Positions 48,323-57,184 of a stretch of DNA of 64,000 nucleotides are shown here, in pieces. Origin of the DNA: Candidatus Hikarchaeum yamanae (GTDB taxonomy: Archaea; Halobacteriota; Halobacteria; Halobacteriales; Hikarchaeaceae). The notes below the pieces were generated by a model. The model was not told the origin of the DNA and did no database searches. It saw only the letters and a program-made list of their open reading frames with translations. The stretch spans positions 72,417 through 136,416 of the forward strand of contig WTZQ01000003.1 of assembly GCA_009889635.1 (NCBI GenBank). The letters run 5' to 3'. The position numbers and the translations under genes are program-made. The number at the start of each line of letters is the position of its first letter. Positions within the stretch are counted from its first letter, which is position 1.

Positions 48323-48412
48323 AGTTAGTAGTTAGTAGTTAGTTTACATATATGCATATATTAGCGTATAAGCATACGTAGCTATATTTGCAAATGTTTA
48401 AATATATGCATA
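48323..48412. promoter_or_regulatory. (AGTTAGT)x3 followed by four TATAWGCATA-like boxes at exact 18-bp spacing
   Basis: Boxes at 48349 TATATGCATA, 48367 TATAAGCATA, 48385 TATTTGCAAA, 48403 TATATGCATA; TATA-like TTTAAATA at 48397. Confidence 0.7.
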
Positions 48413-48449
48413 CCTAATAAAGCTCGCGGGGGAGGAGGATTGTGAGGAA

Positions 48450-48674
48450 ATGGCGCGTACACGGGCAATAATAACTGAAACTGAAAGGAAATATATTAGC
48501 AGAGAAATCAGAGTCAGTGAGAACAAAAGATATCAGGCCATTTCTAGAGTTCGGGATAGATTGGAGGAATTAAGAGTGGATGTGTCGTTATTGGAAATGT
48601 ACCATCCACAACTTCTCTCAGAACTTAGGGAGGTTGTTTATGAAACAGAAATTGAAGAAGACACGACATTATAA
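48450..48674 (+). CDS. small putative DNA-binding protein (haloarchaeal mobile-element type)
   Basis: GGAGGA upstream; RAIITETER...RYQAISRVRDRL...HPQLLSELREVV recalls a small family seen in haloarchaeal plasmids/viruses (from memory, not searched). Confidence 0.7.
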   Translation: MARTRAIITETERKYISREIRVSENKRYQAISRVRDRLEELRVDVSLLEMYHPQLLSELREVVYETEIEEDTTL

Positions 48675-48707
48675 GTAGAGAGGACTCCACTCTACGGTGT
48701 TAGGAAA

Positions 48708-49199
48708 ATGATTAAAGGGACGGTGGAGTTAATTCACACAGCTAGTCAGGGAGCAGAAAAGGTCACTTCAAGAGAAGAGATTGTAGTCATAGCAGGGAGG
48801 GGAATCGAAGGTGATCGATATTATGAAGGGAAAGGTACATTTTCTAAGAGTAATAGATATGCAGAAGGGTCAGATACTAATGGGAGGGATCTGACGTTGA
48901 TAGAAGCAGAAGCGGTGGAGGGAGTACTTAATGAGTATCAAATTGAGATTGAACCAGGAACACATAGGCGGAATATAACTACAAGGGGCGTGGCTTTGAA
49001 CGACCTTGTTGGAAAAAAATTCAGGATTGGGGAAGTGGTTTGTAAAGGAATCTGTCTTTGTACCCCTTGTCGCCACATGGAGGCTCTTACTACAAAGGGT
49101 GTTATGGAGGCATTAGAAAATAGAGGAGGCCTTAGAGCAGACATACTGGAAGGGGGGGCGATCAAAATTGGAGCAGAAGTGGAAGAAATAATAGGATAG
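48708..49199 (+). CDS. MOSC domain protein
   Basis: GIEGDRY, RRNITTRG, CTPC, GGLRADILEGG.I. Confidence 0.9.
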   Translation: MIKGTVELIHTASQGAEKVTSREEIVVIAGRGIEGDRYYEGKGTFSKSNRYAEGSDTNGRDLTLIEAEAVEGVLNEYQIEIEPGTHRRNITTRGVALNDLVGKKFRIGEVVCKGICLCTPCRHMEALTTKGVMEALENRGGLRADILEGGAIKIGAEVEEIIG

Positions 49200-49294
49200 G
49201 GGCTGAAAATGGAGAGAACATTTATAAATTGAGTTTAACACCGAACAAGCCCCAAAGGGCCCCCGGGCAACTAACATAGAACGATTATAATCCA

Positions 49295-50197
49295 TCATGC
49301 CACAGTAGTTATTATGATAGTGGCACAAGTCATGATCAAAATTCCCATAACCAATCTCCACGAAATATGCTCTATATCTTGAAGCCATATGTATGAAAAA
49401 ACAACAACAAATAAAGGGCTAGTTTGAAGGAACGGGACTACAAAAACCACGGGGGCTATTTCTATAGCAGTATATAAAAATATCAGCATAGAGGTACTAG
49501 CCAGCCCAGCTAAAATATACCATTTAGCAGTAATTTTATTTTCAAAAATTTTCCCAATATTTGGCATATCTCCCTTTACTATAAAATATGCTAAAAAACC
49601 AATTCCAGGAACTATCAGTTTTATACCCAACCCCACATGTCCAGGTGTACCTTCCAATACACCAATTCTTGCAAGTACGGGCTCAAAGCCAAAAAATATT
49701 GCAGCAGCTATCGGATATAGTACATCCGCCCTTCTACTTGTAATTCCTTCAATGGTTTTGTCCGGTGTCAAGTCCAATGAGATTATCCAAACTCCAACTA
49801 CGATGGCAATTATTCCGAGAATATGAATCAGACTGGGAGATTCTCCTATCAATACTATCGCAAGAATTGTAGCAATTATCGGTGTAGTTGCTTTAATTGC
49901 ATCTGATCGACTAGCGCCTGCTCTTTTTATACCTTCAAAATAAGCAACACGCCCTATCAAAGTCCCCGCCAATCCGGCGCCTGCGAAAGCAATAGCTGAT
50001 TTTAGAGTTATTCCATAGTCGGGAAAATAAACCACGGCCACAACTGGGACTACTAGAATCAGATTCATAATCAAGCTCACAATAACTGCATAAAACGCTT
50101 TACCACCATTTATAGTTGAAATTCTGACAAAAATGGCCATTGAAGCAATAGATACTGCCCCGCATAATGCAAAAATTATCCCCCAAAAAATATCCAT
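49295..50197 (-). CDS. EamA/DMT family transporter
   Basis: About 10 TM segments in a two-repeat pattern; start moved to ATG 50197 to clear the tRNA. Confidence 0.85.
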   Translation of the reverse strand: MDIFWGIIFALCGAVSIASMAIFVRISTINGGKAFYAVIVSLIMNLILVVPVVAVVYFPDYGITLKSAIAFAGAGLAGTLIGRVAYFEGIKRAGASRSDAIKATTPIIATILAIVLIGESPSLIHILGIIAIVVGVWIISLDLTPDKTIEGITSRRADVLYPIAAAIFFGFEPVLARIGVLEGTPGHVGLGIKLIVPGIGFLAYFIVKGDMPNIGKIFENKITAKWYILAGLASTSMLIFLYTAIEIAPVVFVVPFLQTSPLFVVVFSYIWLQDIEHISWRLVMGILIMTCATIIITTVA

Positions 50198-50203
50198 TTT
50201 AGA

Positions 50204-50276
50204 AGCCTGAGGAGAGGATCGAACTCCCGACATATTCCTTACGAAGGAATCACTCTACCAACTGAGTTACACAGGC
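50204..50276 (-). tRNA. tRNA-Thr(CGT)
   Basis: GCCTGTG/CTCAGGC acceptor (one mismatch); anticodon arm ATTCC-TTCGTAA-GGAAT; T-loop TTCGATC; U discriminator. Confidence 0.93.
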
Positions 50277-50287
50277 ACGTGAATTTG

Positions 50288-50440
50288 TTAAAAGTATATA
50301 AGTGCGATATATACAAGAGCGGCTCCAAAGACGATGCCTTTGAGCCATGCCACCCAAAGGAGTTGATAGTCCGAAATTCCAAAGATTTCCTTCGTTTTTT
50401 CGCACATCTTCTTGCTCCATTTTATGAGCACATTAAGCAT
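50288..50440 (-). CDS. small single-TM hypothetical protein
   Basis: MLNVLIKWSKKMCEKTKEIFGISDYQLLWVAWLKGIVFGAALVYIALIYF. Confidence 0.55.
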   Translation of the reverse strand: MLNVLIKWSKKMCEKTKEIFGISDYQLLWVAWLKGIVFGAALVYIALIYF

Positions 50441-50484
50441 AACACAAGTGTTGAGGATGCAAACGGGCATAAATCATTCCACTA

Positions 50485-51462
50485 CTATCGAGTGAGGAGT
50501 GCGTCGATACAGATATGCACTTGGCTAGGGGAGTAAGAACGAATTATTGTTTCATTCAAGATGGTGACTTCGTGTTCTTGACTCACATTTTGAAGGACAG
50601 ATATATCTGCAGTAAAGGGATCATCAAGTTCGGAAATGGAATAATAATGCAGGATGCATTTTTTTCCTGCGATATTAAATGCGACATCTAAAAAATCATT
50701 TGCGGAATGGGGAAGATTCATAATAATTCGATCGGCCCAATGGGAGTAGTCATCGGCGATGTTTCTAACATCACCAATATGTGCAGTTACGTTTGTTTCT
50801 ACGCTATTTCTAGAGATATTTTTCCGGAGATACTCGATCGCATCATCATTTATGTCAGTTGCCGTGACTGTTGCCCCTTTACTAGCTATGGGAACTGTAA
50901 ATGGCCCGATTCCAGAAAACATGTCAAAGACCCGTTCTCCAGAACATACTTGGCCAGTTACTCTTTGGCGTTCAGTGACAAGACGGGGTGAAAAATATAC
51001 TTTGGATATATCTACAAGGAATTCAAATCCATATTCTTTATGAACGGTTTCGGTAGAATTTCCAGATAGGAGAGACCACTTTCTAACCCGCGTGTCACCT
51101 TGGATTTCTGAGGCCTTGTTAAGAATAGTTTTAAACTGAATATCAGAAGCCAATAAAGCAATGGTAGCAGCTGTTGCTTGGTGTGCGTCGGGTTCATCCA
51201 ATAAAATGATGTCCCCAAGTCGTTCGTAAGTTATTTTAAAGGGCAAGAGGTCGGAGGGGAGAAGTCTATTTTTATTAGGCAAAAGGTCCATATAAACAAC
51301 GTCCATGTTAGAAGGGGGAGTTCCATCTTCAGTGATTGGAATGTATAGGTACCCTTCGTGAGAGAGTATTTTGTACTCATGGTTAAGAATTTCAAGAGAA
51401 TCTAAAGTGACTCGGGTGGATTCACCATCCACAGGAAGTACTTTCACGCACTTGCAAGACAT
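50485..51462 (-). CDS. Trm5/Met10+ class I SAM-dependent tRNA methyltransferase
   Basis: TVHKEYGFEF.VD..KVYFSPRL..ER, DMFSGIGPF, RIIMNLP. Confidence 0.88.
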   Translation of the reverse strand: MSCKCVKVLPVDGESTRVTLDSLEILNHEYKILSHEGYLYIPITEDGTPPSNMDVVYMDLLPNKNRLLPSDLLPFKITYERLGDIILLDEPDAHQATAATIALLASDIQFKTILNKASEIQGDTRVRKWSLLSGNSTETVHKEYGFEFLVDISKVYFSPRLVTERQRVTGQVCSGERVFDMFSGIGPFTVPIASKGATVTATDINDDAIEYLRKNISRNSVETNVTAHIGDVRNIADDYSHWADRIIMNLPHSANDFLDVAFNIAGKKCILHYYSISELDDPFTADISVLQNVSQEHEVTILNETIIRSYSPSQVHICIDALLTR

Positions 51463-51557
51463 TGGTGATAGAACAAAGAGACTGAAAGATAAAAAGGACA
51501 CTTTTCACAGGAAATAGATCGGTAAGAGCCAAGAACGTGGCAAACGATGGGAAATAC

Positions 51558-51935
51558 ATGAGTGAAGTCCACGAAGTTACGTTGATAGTAGAAAATATTG
51601 AAAGATCAAGGGAGTTTTATGAAAATGTGTTAGGATTCAAACGGATAGAAAAACCAGGTAGCAGAGTTGAATTGGGAGCAGGAGGATGTTCGATAGTATT
51701 AGAAGAAGATTTTGAAGAAGAGGTTTTTGCACAGTATAATTTGAGGAAACCAACTGGGAAAAGAGGAAACGGATTGGTTCTAGAATTAAATGTAGATGAT
51801 GTTGAAAAAATATACGAAAATGCTGTTAGTATGGGTGTAGAAATATTAACAGAACCAAAAGTTATGTGGGGAAGAAACCACTTTTTATTAGAAGATCCAG
51901 ATGGGTATGTACTGGGAATTGGAAAATCGGTGTGA
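51558..51935 (+). CDS. VOC/glyoxalase family protein
   Basis: SREFYENVLGF, WGR..F...DPDGY. Confidence 0.88.
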   Translation: MSEVHEVTLIVENIERSREFYENVLGFKRIEKPGSRVELGAGGCSIVLEEDFEEEVFAQYNLRKPTGKRGNGLVLELNVDDVEKIYENAVSMGVEILTEPKVMWGRNHFLLEDPDGYVLGIGKSV

Positions 51936-51937
51936 AG

Positions 51938-52927
51938 CTATTGAAATGCAGGTAGAACTTCGTCTGCAAATCGCTGCATTTGCCCTAGTTGGTCGAAAGA
52001 CCCGAATCGCATGATAAATGTTTCACAGCCGATATCTGCGAAAGTTTCAATCCACTCAATTACATCTTCGGCGCTTCCGATAGGGCCCCATTCATTCAAA
52101 TTATAATACTGCGTTGGGTAATAGCTCCCGACGTATTCTTCCATATCTTTTATCGCTTTTTCTTTTGAATCAGAAATGTGGAGCGTAACTTGATAAGATT
52201 TATGGATAGTTTTGGGATCGCGGCCCTGCTCTCTTGCGTGAAGATCTATGGCTTCGCATTGGGCTGCGTACTCCTGAGGTTGTGCCGCCCTGCAACAAGT
52301 CATCCAACCGTCTCCGACTTCGACTATTCGCTGGATTGCAGGGCTGTAAACTGCTTTGTTTCCGCGTGCACTAGGGTTACTGATGACCCAGATGGGAGGG
52401 TTTTCTTGAACGGGTGTATAAGGAACTTCTTCATTTCCTGTTTCGAAGGTTACATTTTCGAAGTTGAAATGATCTCCAGAATAATTGACCACTCCGTCTT
52501 TCCATAACATTTTCATCACCTCGATGTGCTCATTGAAAATGGCAGATCGTTTTCTAGGGTCGAGCCCAACGACTTCGTACTGGAGTTTTCCACGATCGTC
52601 GTCTGCAGCGGCCATACATGCCCCCAATATCATTCTTCCTTCAGAAAACATATCGAGAGTTGCCCACGCCTGACCGAATTGTATAGGATTCCGAAGAGGA
52701 GTGACCATGCATGCAGTTCCCAATTTCACTTTTTTAGTTCTGTCTGCGAGTACAGCAAGAGTTGCAATTGGATCTAAACGTGGTTTTTCCAATAGGCTGT
52801 CTCCAACCCAAACGGAATCAAAGCCTATATTTTCTGCTTCTGCCCCCATGTGAAACATATCAGGTATAGAATATTTTTTTGTGATAAGGGGTTCACGGTT
52901 ATTAACATTGATTCCAAAGTTAACCAT
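51938..52927 (-). CDS. LLM-class (luciferase-like) flavin/F420-dependent oxidoreductase
   Basis: AENIGFDSVWVGD, LGTA, LRNP, TLD.FSEGR, GDGW. Confidence 0.88.
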   Translation of the reverse strand: MVNFGINVNNREPLITKKYSIPDMFHMGAEAENIGFDSVWVGDSLLEKPRLDPIATLAVLADRTKKVKLGTACMVTPLRNPIQFGQAWATLDMFSEGRMILGACMAAADDDRGKLQYEVVGLDPRKRSAIFNEHIEVMKMLWKDGVVNYSGDHFNFENVTFETGNEEVPYTPVQENPPIWVISNPSARGNKAVYSPAIQRIVEVGDGWMTCCRAAQPQEYAAQCEAIDLHAREQGRDPKTIHKSYQVTLHISDSKEKAIKDMEEYVGSYYPTQYYNLNEWGPIGSAEDVIEWIETFADIGCETFIMRFGSFDQLGQMQRFADEVLPAFQ

Positions 52928-52988
52928 TGATTAAATTTAGGTTAGTACGGCCTTAAGTGTGAGGAAAGCGAATGGGATGGTGAGTACA

Positions 52989-53843
52989 ATGAGTAAGGAA
53001 ACTCGAAGCTATAATTACCGACCGATTACCAGAAGTGAATTTGAGTTGCCAGGGGACCAAGATATAGCAGTCTGGGTAGTCATAAATATGGAATATTTTG
53101 AATATGAGATTCCATATCCTGCAGATGGAGACAAGAGTGTTCCAAATGTAATGACATATAGTTGGAGAGAATATGGTTCGAGAGTAGGCATTTGGAGAAT
53201 ATTGAAGATACTAGATAAATATGGCGTTAAACCAATGGTGGCACTTAATTCGGCTATATGTGACCACATGCCAGAAATAGTTGAAGCACTTGTGGAGAGA
53301 GAAGTTGAGATCATAGGCCATGGTATAACAAACTCACAGAGATTAAAGGGGCTAAGTCCAGAAGAAGAACGTTTGGTGATAAAAAGTTGCAAAGATCGGA
53401 TAGAAGAATCGACGGGCGAAGTTCCAAGAGGATGGTTAGGTCCAGGGTTATCAGAGAATTTTAGTACAATAAATACGCTGATACAAGAGGAATTTGACTA
53501 CGTGTGTGATTGGTGTAATGATGACCATCCCTACTTTTTTGAGACAGATTCGGGGAAGATTTTATCGATGCCATATTCAGGTGAAATAAATGATGTTTCC
53601 CTTTTTACAAAAAAGAATTTAACAGGGGGGCAATTTCAGAAAACGGTCATGGATCAGTTTGAAGTTTTGTCTGAAGAAGGAAACAGATTGATGCCGATTG
53701 CCATCCACCCACATATAACCGGACAGGCATTTCGTTCGAAATATTTTGAAGGAATTATAAAGGAAATAAAAAATAAAGAAAATGTCTGGTGGCCTAGTTG
53801 TGGCGAAATGTGCGATTACTATAAAGAATGTAAAACCACTTAA
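52989..53843 (+). CDS. polysaccharide deacetylase family (PuuE allantoinase-like)
   Basis: REYGSRVGIWRI, IGHG, PRGWLGP, DWCNDDHPY, AIHPHITG. Confidence 0.85.
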   Translation: MSKETRSYNYRPITRSEFELPGDQDIAVWVVINMEYFEYEIPYPADGDKSVPNVMTYSWREYGSRVGIWRILKILDKYGVKPMVALNSAICDHMPEIVEALVEREVEIIGHGITNSQRLKGLSPEEERLVIKSCKDRIEESTGEVPRGWLGPGLSENFSTINTLIQEEFDYVCDWCNDDHPYFFETDSGKILSMPYSGEINDVSLFTKKNLTGGQFQKTVMDQFEVLSEEGNRLMPIAIHPHITGQAFRSKYFEGIIKEIKNKENVWWPSCGEMCDYYKECKTT

Positions 53844-53884
53844 GTAATAACGCTGTGTGAATCATATTTAATAGAGAGTAAACA

Positions 53885-54571
53885 ATGGATAAAAAGAATG
53901 ACGATATAGTAGAGAGGGCAATCGTTGCTCTGACAGATGGGGAGCCAATCTTGATACATGATTTTGAGGATAGAGAGAATGAAACAGACTTAGTTATTGC
54001 TGCTTCAAAAATAACCCATACACTAATTGCTAGGTTTAGAAACGAAGCGGGTGGATTGATATGTGTTGCAATTTCAGATGAAGCGTCGGAATTGTTGGGA
54101 CTGCCATTCCTCAGTGACATGATAGATCACCCATTAACAGAGAATAGTGATTTGAAATATGACACTAGATCGGCTTTTTCACTTCCGGTGAATCATCGTG
54201 ACACATACACGGGAATAACAGATATTGATAGGGAAACGACGATCAAGAGGCTCGCTGAGGTTGCATATGCTGCAGAGAGTGGAGAATATACTGCAGAACA
54301 ATTTGTTAAGGAGTTTAGGAGCCCGGGGCATGTCCAGATTCTAAGATCTGCACCTTCTTTGAAAGAAAGGAGAGGGCACACAGAATTGGGAATAGCACTT
54401 TCAAAGGCAGCAGGAATGGAACCCGCAGTTGTGGTGTGTGAGATGTTAGATGATGTAAGTGGAAAGGCCAGTTCGAAAGAGGAGATGCAAGAGTATGCCG
54501 AAAAGAACGGATTATTGTTTGTAGAAGGGAAAATACTGGTGGAAGCCCTAGAGGGGAAACCAAACAAATAG
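53885..54571 (+). CDS. ribB: 3,4-dihydroxy-2-butanone 4-phosphate synthase
   Basis: DFEDRENETD, GLICVA, TGITDIDR, FRSPGHV, RRGHTE, VCEM. Confidence 0.93.
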   Translation: MDKKNDDIVERAIVALTDGEPILIHDFEDRENETDLVIAASKITHTLIARFRNEAGGLICVAISDEASELLGLPFLSDMIDHPLTENSDLKYDTRSAFSLPVNHRDTYTGITDIDRETTIKRLAEVAYAAESGEYTAEQFVKEFRSPGHVQILRSAPSLKERRGHTELGIALSKAAGMEPAVVVCEMLDDVSGKASSKEEMQEYAEKNGLLFVEGKILVEALEGKPNK

Positions 54572-54573
54572 TT

Positions 54574-55503
54574 GTGTATAACCAAATGTTCTGCGCCGTG
54601 GTTGAAGGGCAAGGGAAGGGGGCATATTTCATCGAGGAATCAAAAGGGGAATTAGAACCAGTTGTGGGCTTCATTCCATTTCATGGGACATTAAATCTGA
54701 GGAATGTAGATACTAGAGGATTGCAGTCAGAAAATATAGAAGAATTGGGAGGTGGAGAATGCAAAGGGGTAGTAGTTCACCTATGTAGAATTAATGGGAT
54801 TGTTGCAGGTACGACAGTCCCCCTTATAGAAGGGTATCCAGAGGAAATAACCGAAGTAATTGCCCCTGTAAAATTGAGAAAATTATTTGATTTAAAGGAA
54901 GAGGATGAAGTGGTATTTTCTCCAAGGGAGGAGGTATGGAAACCGAATGGATCAATCGTAAAACACGAAAACATAAATTTATTTGAATCGGTTATTTTTG
55001 ATTTGGATCAAACTTTAGTCCATCTAGATGTAGATTGGGAAGGTTCTTATGAGGAATTGAAGGTACTGATGCAAGAGTACGTAGAGGGGGACATAACAGA
55101 GTATAGGCATGAAGATGTGTTTCAAATTGCAGAGGAAAATGGATTGTTTGGAGGTGTAGATGACATATTAACAAAATATGAGATTGAAGGGGCAAAAAAA
55201 GCAAGTCCTTTAAAATTGATTGAATTCTTAGACAAACTATCAATTCCCATTTCAGTTTGCACGATTAATTCCCCAAAGGCGGCTAAAATCGCCCTAGAGG
55301 GGTTAGGAGTTATGGACAAAATAGAATGTATAATTGGAAGAGATAGTGCAATAACCAAGCCAGATCCAGAGCCATTGTATAGGTGTCTAGAGCATATGGG
55401 AACTTCTAAGGGAAATTCGATATTTATTGGAGATGCCAGATCTGATGCAGAAACAGCATATCGAGCGGAAATGTCATATCTACATCCCGATCAATTAGTA
55501 TAG
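54574..55503 (+). CDS. fusion: CTP-dependent riboflavin kinase domain plus HAD-family phosphatase
   Basis: N-terminal VVEGQGKGAYF, GFIPFHGTLNL, EVIAPVKLR..FDLKEEDEV; C-terminal IFDLDQTL, T(IN), KPDP, IGDARSD. Confidence 0.8.
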   Translation: MYNQMFCAVVEGQGKGAYFIEESKGELEPVVGFIPFHGTLNLRNVDTRGLQSENIEELGGGECKGVVVHLCRINGIVAGTTVPLIEGYPEEITEVIAPVKLRKLFDLKEEDEVVFSPREEVWKPNGSIVKHENINLFESVIFDLDQTLVHLDVDWEGSYEELKVLMQEYVEGDITEYRHEDVFQIAEENGLFGGVDDILTKYEIEGAKKASPLKLIEFLDKLSIPISVCTINSPKAAKIALEGLGVMDKIECIIGRDSAITKPDPEPLYRCLEHMGTSKGNSIFIGDARSDAETAYRAEMSYLHPDQLV

Positions 55504-55513
55504 TAGAGAACAT

Positions 55514-56422
55514 ATGAAAATAAATGCTGAAACGCCTGATGAAATTACAGAACTATTGCAGAAAGCAGGGTATATCTCAAATATAGGAATTTCAACGGCT
55601 TTGTTATTGGCCTCCAAACTGGCTAGGCCATTACTGATAGAAGGCCAACCTGGGTGTGGGAAAACATCACTAGCAAAGGCATTATCAGATGTTACAGAAG
55701 GAGATTTGGTTCGTCTACAATGTTATCGGGGTTTGGGGATTGAGAACACAAGCTACGAATGGGACCACATGAGACAATTTCTTAGAATTCGGATAGAAGG
55801 GGAACTAGGAGAACAAGAATCAACAGAAAATATAGAAAAGTCTATTTTTGAAGAAGAATACTTACTTGAGCGCCCGGTACTTCAAGCACTACGGAATTCG
55901 GATAGATCAATATTATTAATAGATGAGCTAGATAGAGCAGGGGAAGAAATAGAAGCATTTCTGTTAGAAGTGTTAGATGAGAATCAACTTACCATCCCAG
56001 AGTTGGGAACAATAAAATCGGACGACCCACCAATAATTATAATAACATCCAATAGGACGCGTAAAATTAGTGATGCACTGAAGAGGAGATGTCTATATCT
56101 ATATTTAGAGCCTCCAGAAATGGACCGTGAATTGAAAATTGTTCGGATGAAAGTTCCAAGTTTAGATGAACATATTACGACCCAACTAGTGGAATTCATG
56201 CAGACTATTAGATACCAAGAAAATCTTATGAGGATTCCAGGAATATCAGAGACGCTAGATTGGGCCATGGCCCTTGCAGAACTAGAAGTAGAAATCATAA
56301 CACCAGATATTGTGAAACGGTCTTTGTCTACTATTGTGAAAGAACCAGAGGATTTAGAATTATTAAAAGGCGAGACTGTCGATCGGATATTGGAAAATAT
56401 CAATAAAGGGTCGGGGACATGA
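55514..56422 (+). CDS. MoxR-family AAA+ ATPase (CoxD-like)
   Basis: EGQPGCGKT, RLQCY, LLIDELDR, TSNRTR..SDALKRRC, PGISETLDW. Confidence 0.9.
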   Translation: MKINAETPDEITELLQKAGYISNIGISTALLLASKLARPLLIEGQPGCGKTSLAKALSDVTEGDLVRLQCYRGLGIENTSYEWDHMRQFLRIRIEGELGEQESTENIEKSIFEEEYLLERPVLQALRNSDRSILLIDELDRAGEEIEAFLLEVLDENQLTIPELGTIKSDDPPIIIITSNRTRKISDALKRRCLYLYLEPPEMDRELKIVRMKVPSLDEHITTQLVEFMQTIRYQENLMRIPGISETLDWAMALAELEVEIITPDIVKRSLSTIVKEPEDLELLKGETVDRILENINKGSGT

Positions 56423-57183
56423 GGGATTTGGAGGGTAGAATAGCAATTGTGACAGGGGGGGCTTCGGGGATAGGCAGGAGTATAGCATTAAAGCTAGCGA
56501 CCTACGGTGCAAAAGTTTCTATTGGAGACCTACAAGAGCTACCGAGAGAAGGTGGGAAAACAACAGAAGAGATCATTACAGAAAGTGGAGGGGAAGCCAT
56601 TTTTACAAAAGTGGATATATCGAAAAATAGCCAAGTTGAAGCATTGGTGGGAAGGACAGTGGAATCATTTGGAGGGATAGACATATTAGTAAACAACGCT
56701 GCTGCAGACCAATCTGCAGGCACCATAGAAGAAATGAGCACTGACGAGTGGGAGAGGGTTATACGGACTAACCTAACAGGGATGTTTTTGTGTGCTAAAT
56801 GTGCAATCCCACATCTCAAACAATCGGAAAATTCGCGGATTGTCAATATAGCATCCCAATTGGGGTTGGTGGGTTATAAGAATAGGCCTGCTTACTGTGC
56901 ATCAAAAGGGGGAGTGATCAATTTTTCAAAACAGCTTGCGGTAGAATATGCAGAGATTCCGATACTAGTTAATTCAGTATGTCCAGGTTTAATCCAAACC
57001 CATCGGACAAAGAAAGTTTTTGAGAATGAAGGTGTGAAACAAAGGTTGGAATTAGAAACCCCACTCCCCTACTTTGGAAATCCAAATGATGTGGCAGAAG
57101 TGGTTTTATTCCTTGCATCAGATAGGGCTAGGTATATCACGGGTGCAGATATTGTAGTGGACGGGGGGTATACGGCTAAATAA
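56419..57183 (+). CDS. SDR family oxidoreductase
   Basis: TGGASGIG, NNAA, YCASK, VNSVCPG, DGGY. Confidence 0.92.
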   Translation: MRDLEGRIAIVTGGASGIGRSIALKLATYGAKVSIGDLQELPREGGKTTEEIITESGGEAIFTKVDISKNSQVEALVGRTVESFGGIDILVNNAAADQSAGTIEEMSTDEWERVIRTNLTGMFLCAKCAIPHLKQSENSRIVNIASQLGLVGYKNRPAYCASKGGVINFSKQLAVEYAEIPILVNSVCPGLIQTHRTKKVFENEGVKQRLELETPLPYFGNPNDVAEVVLFLASDRARYITGADIVVDGGYTAK

Positions 57184-57184
57184 T

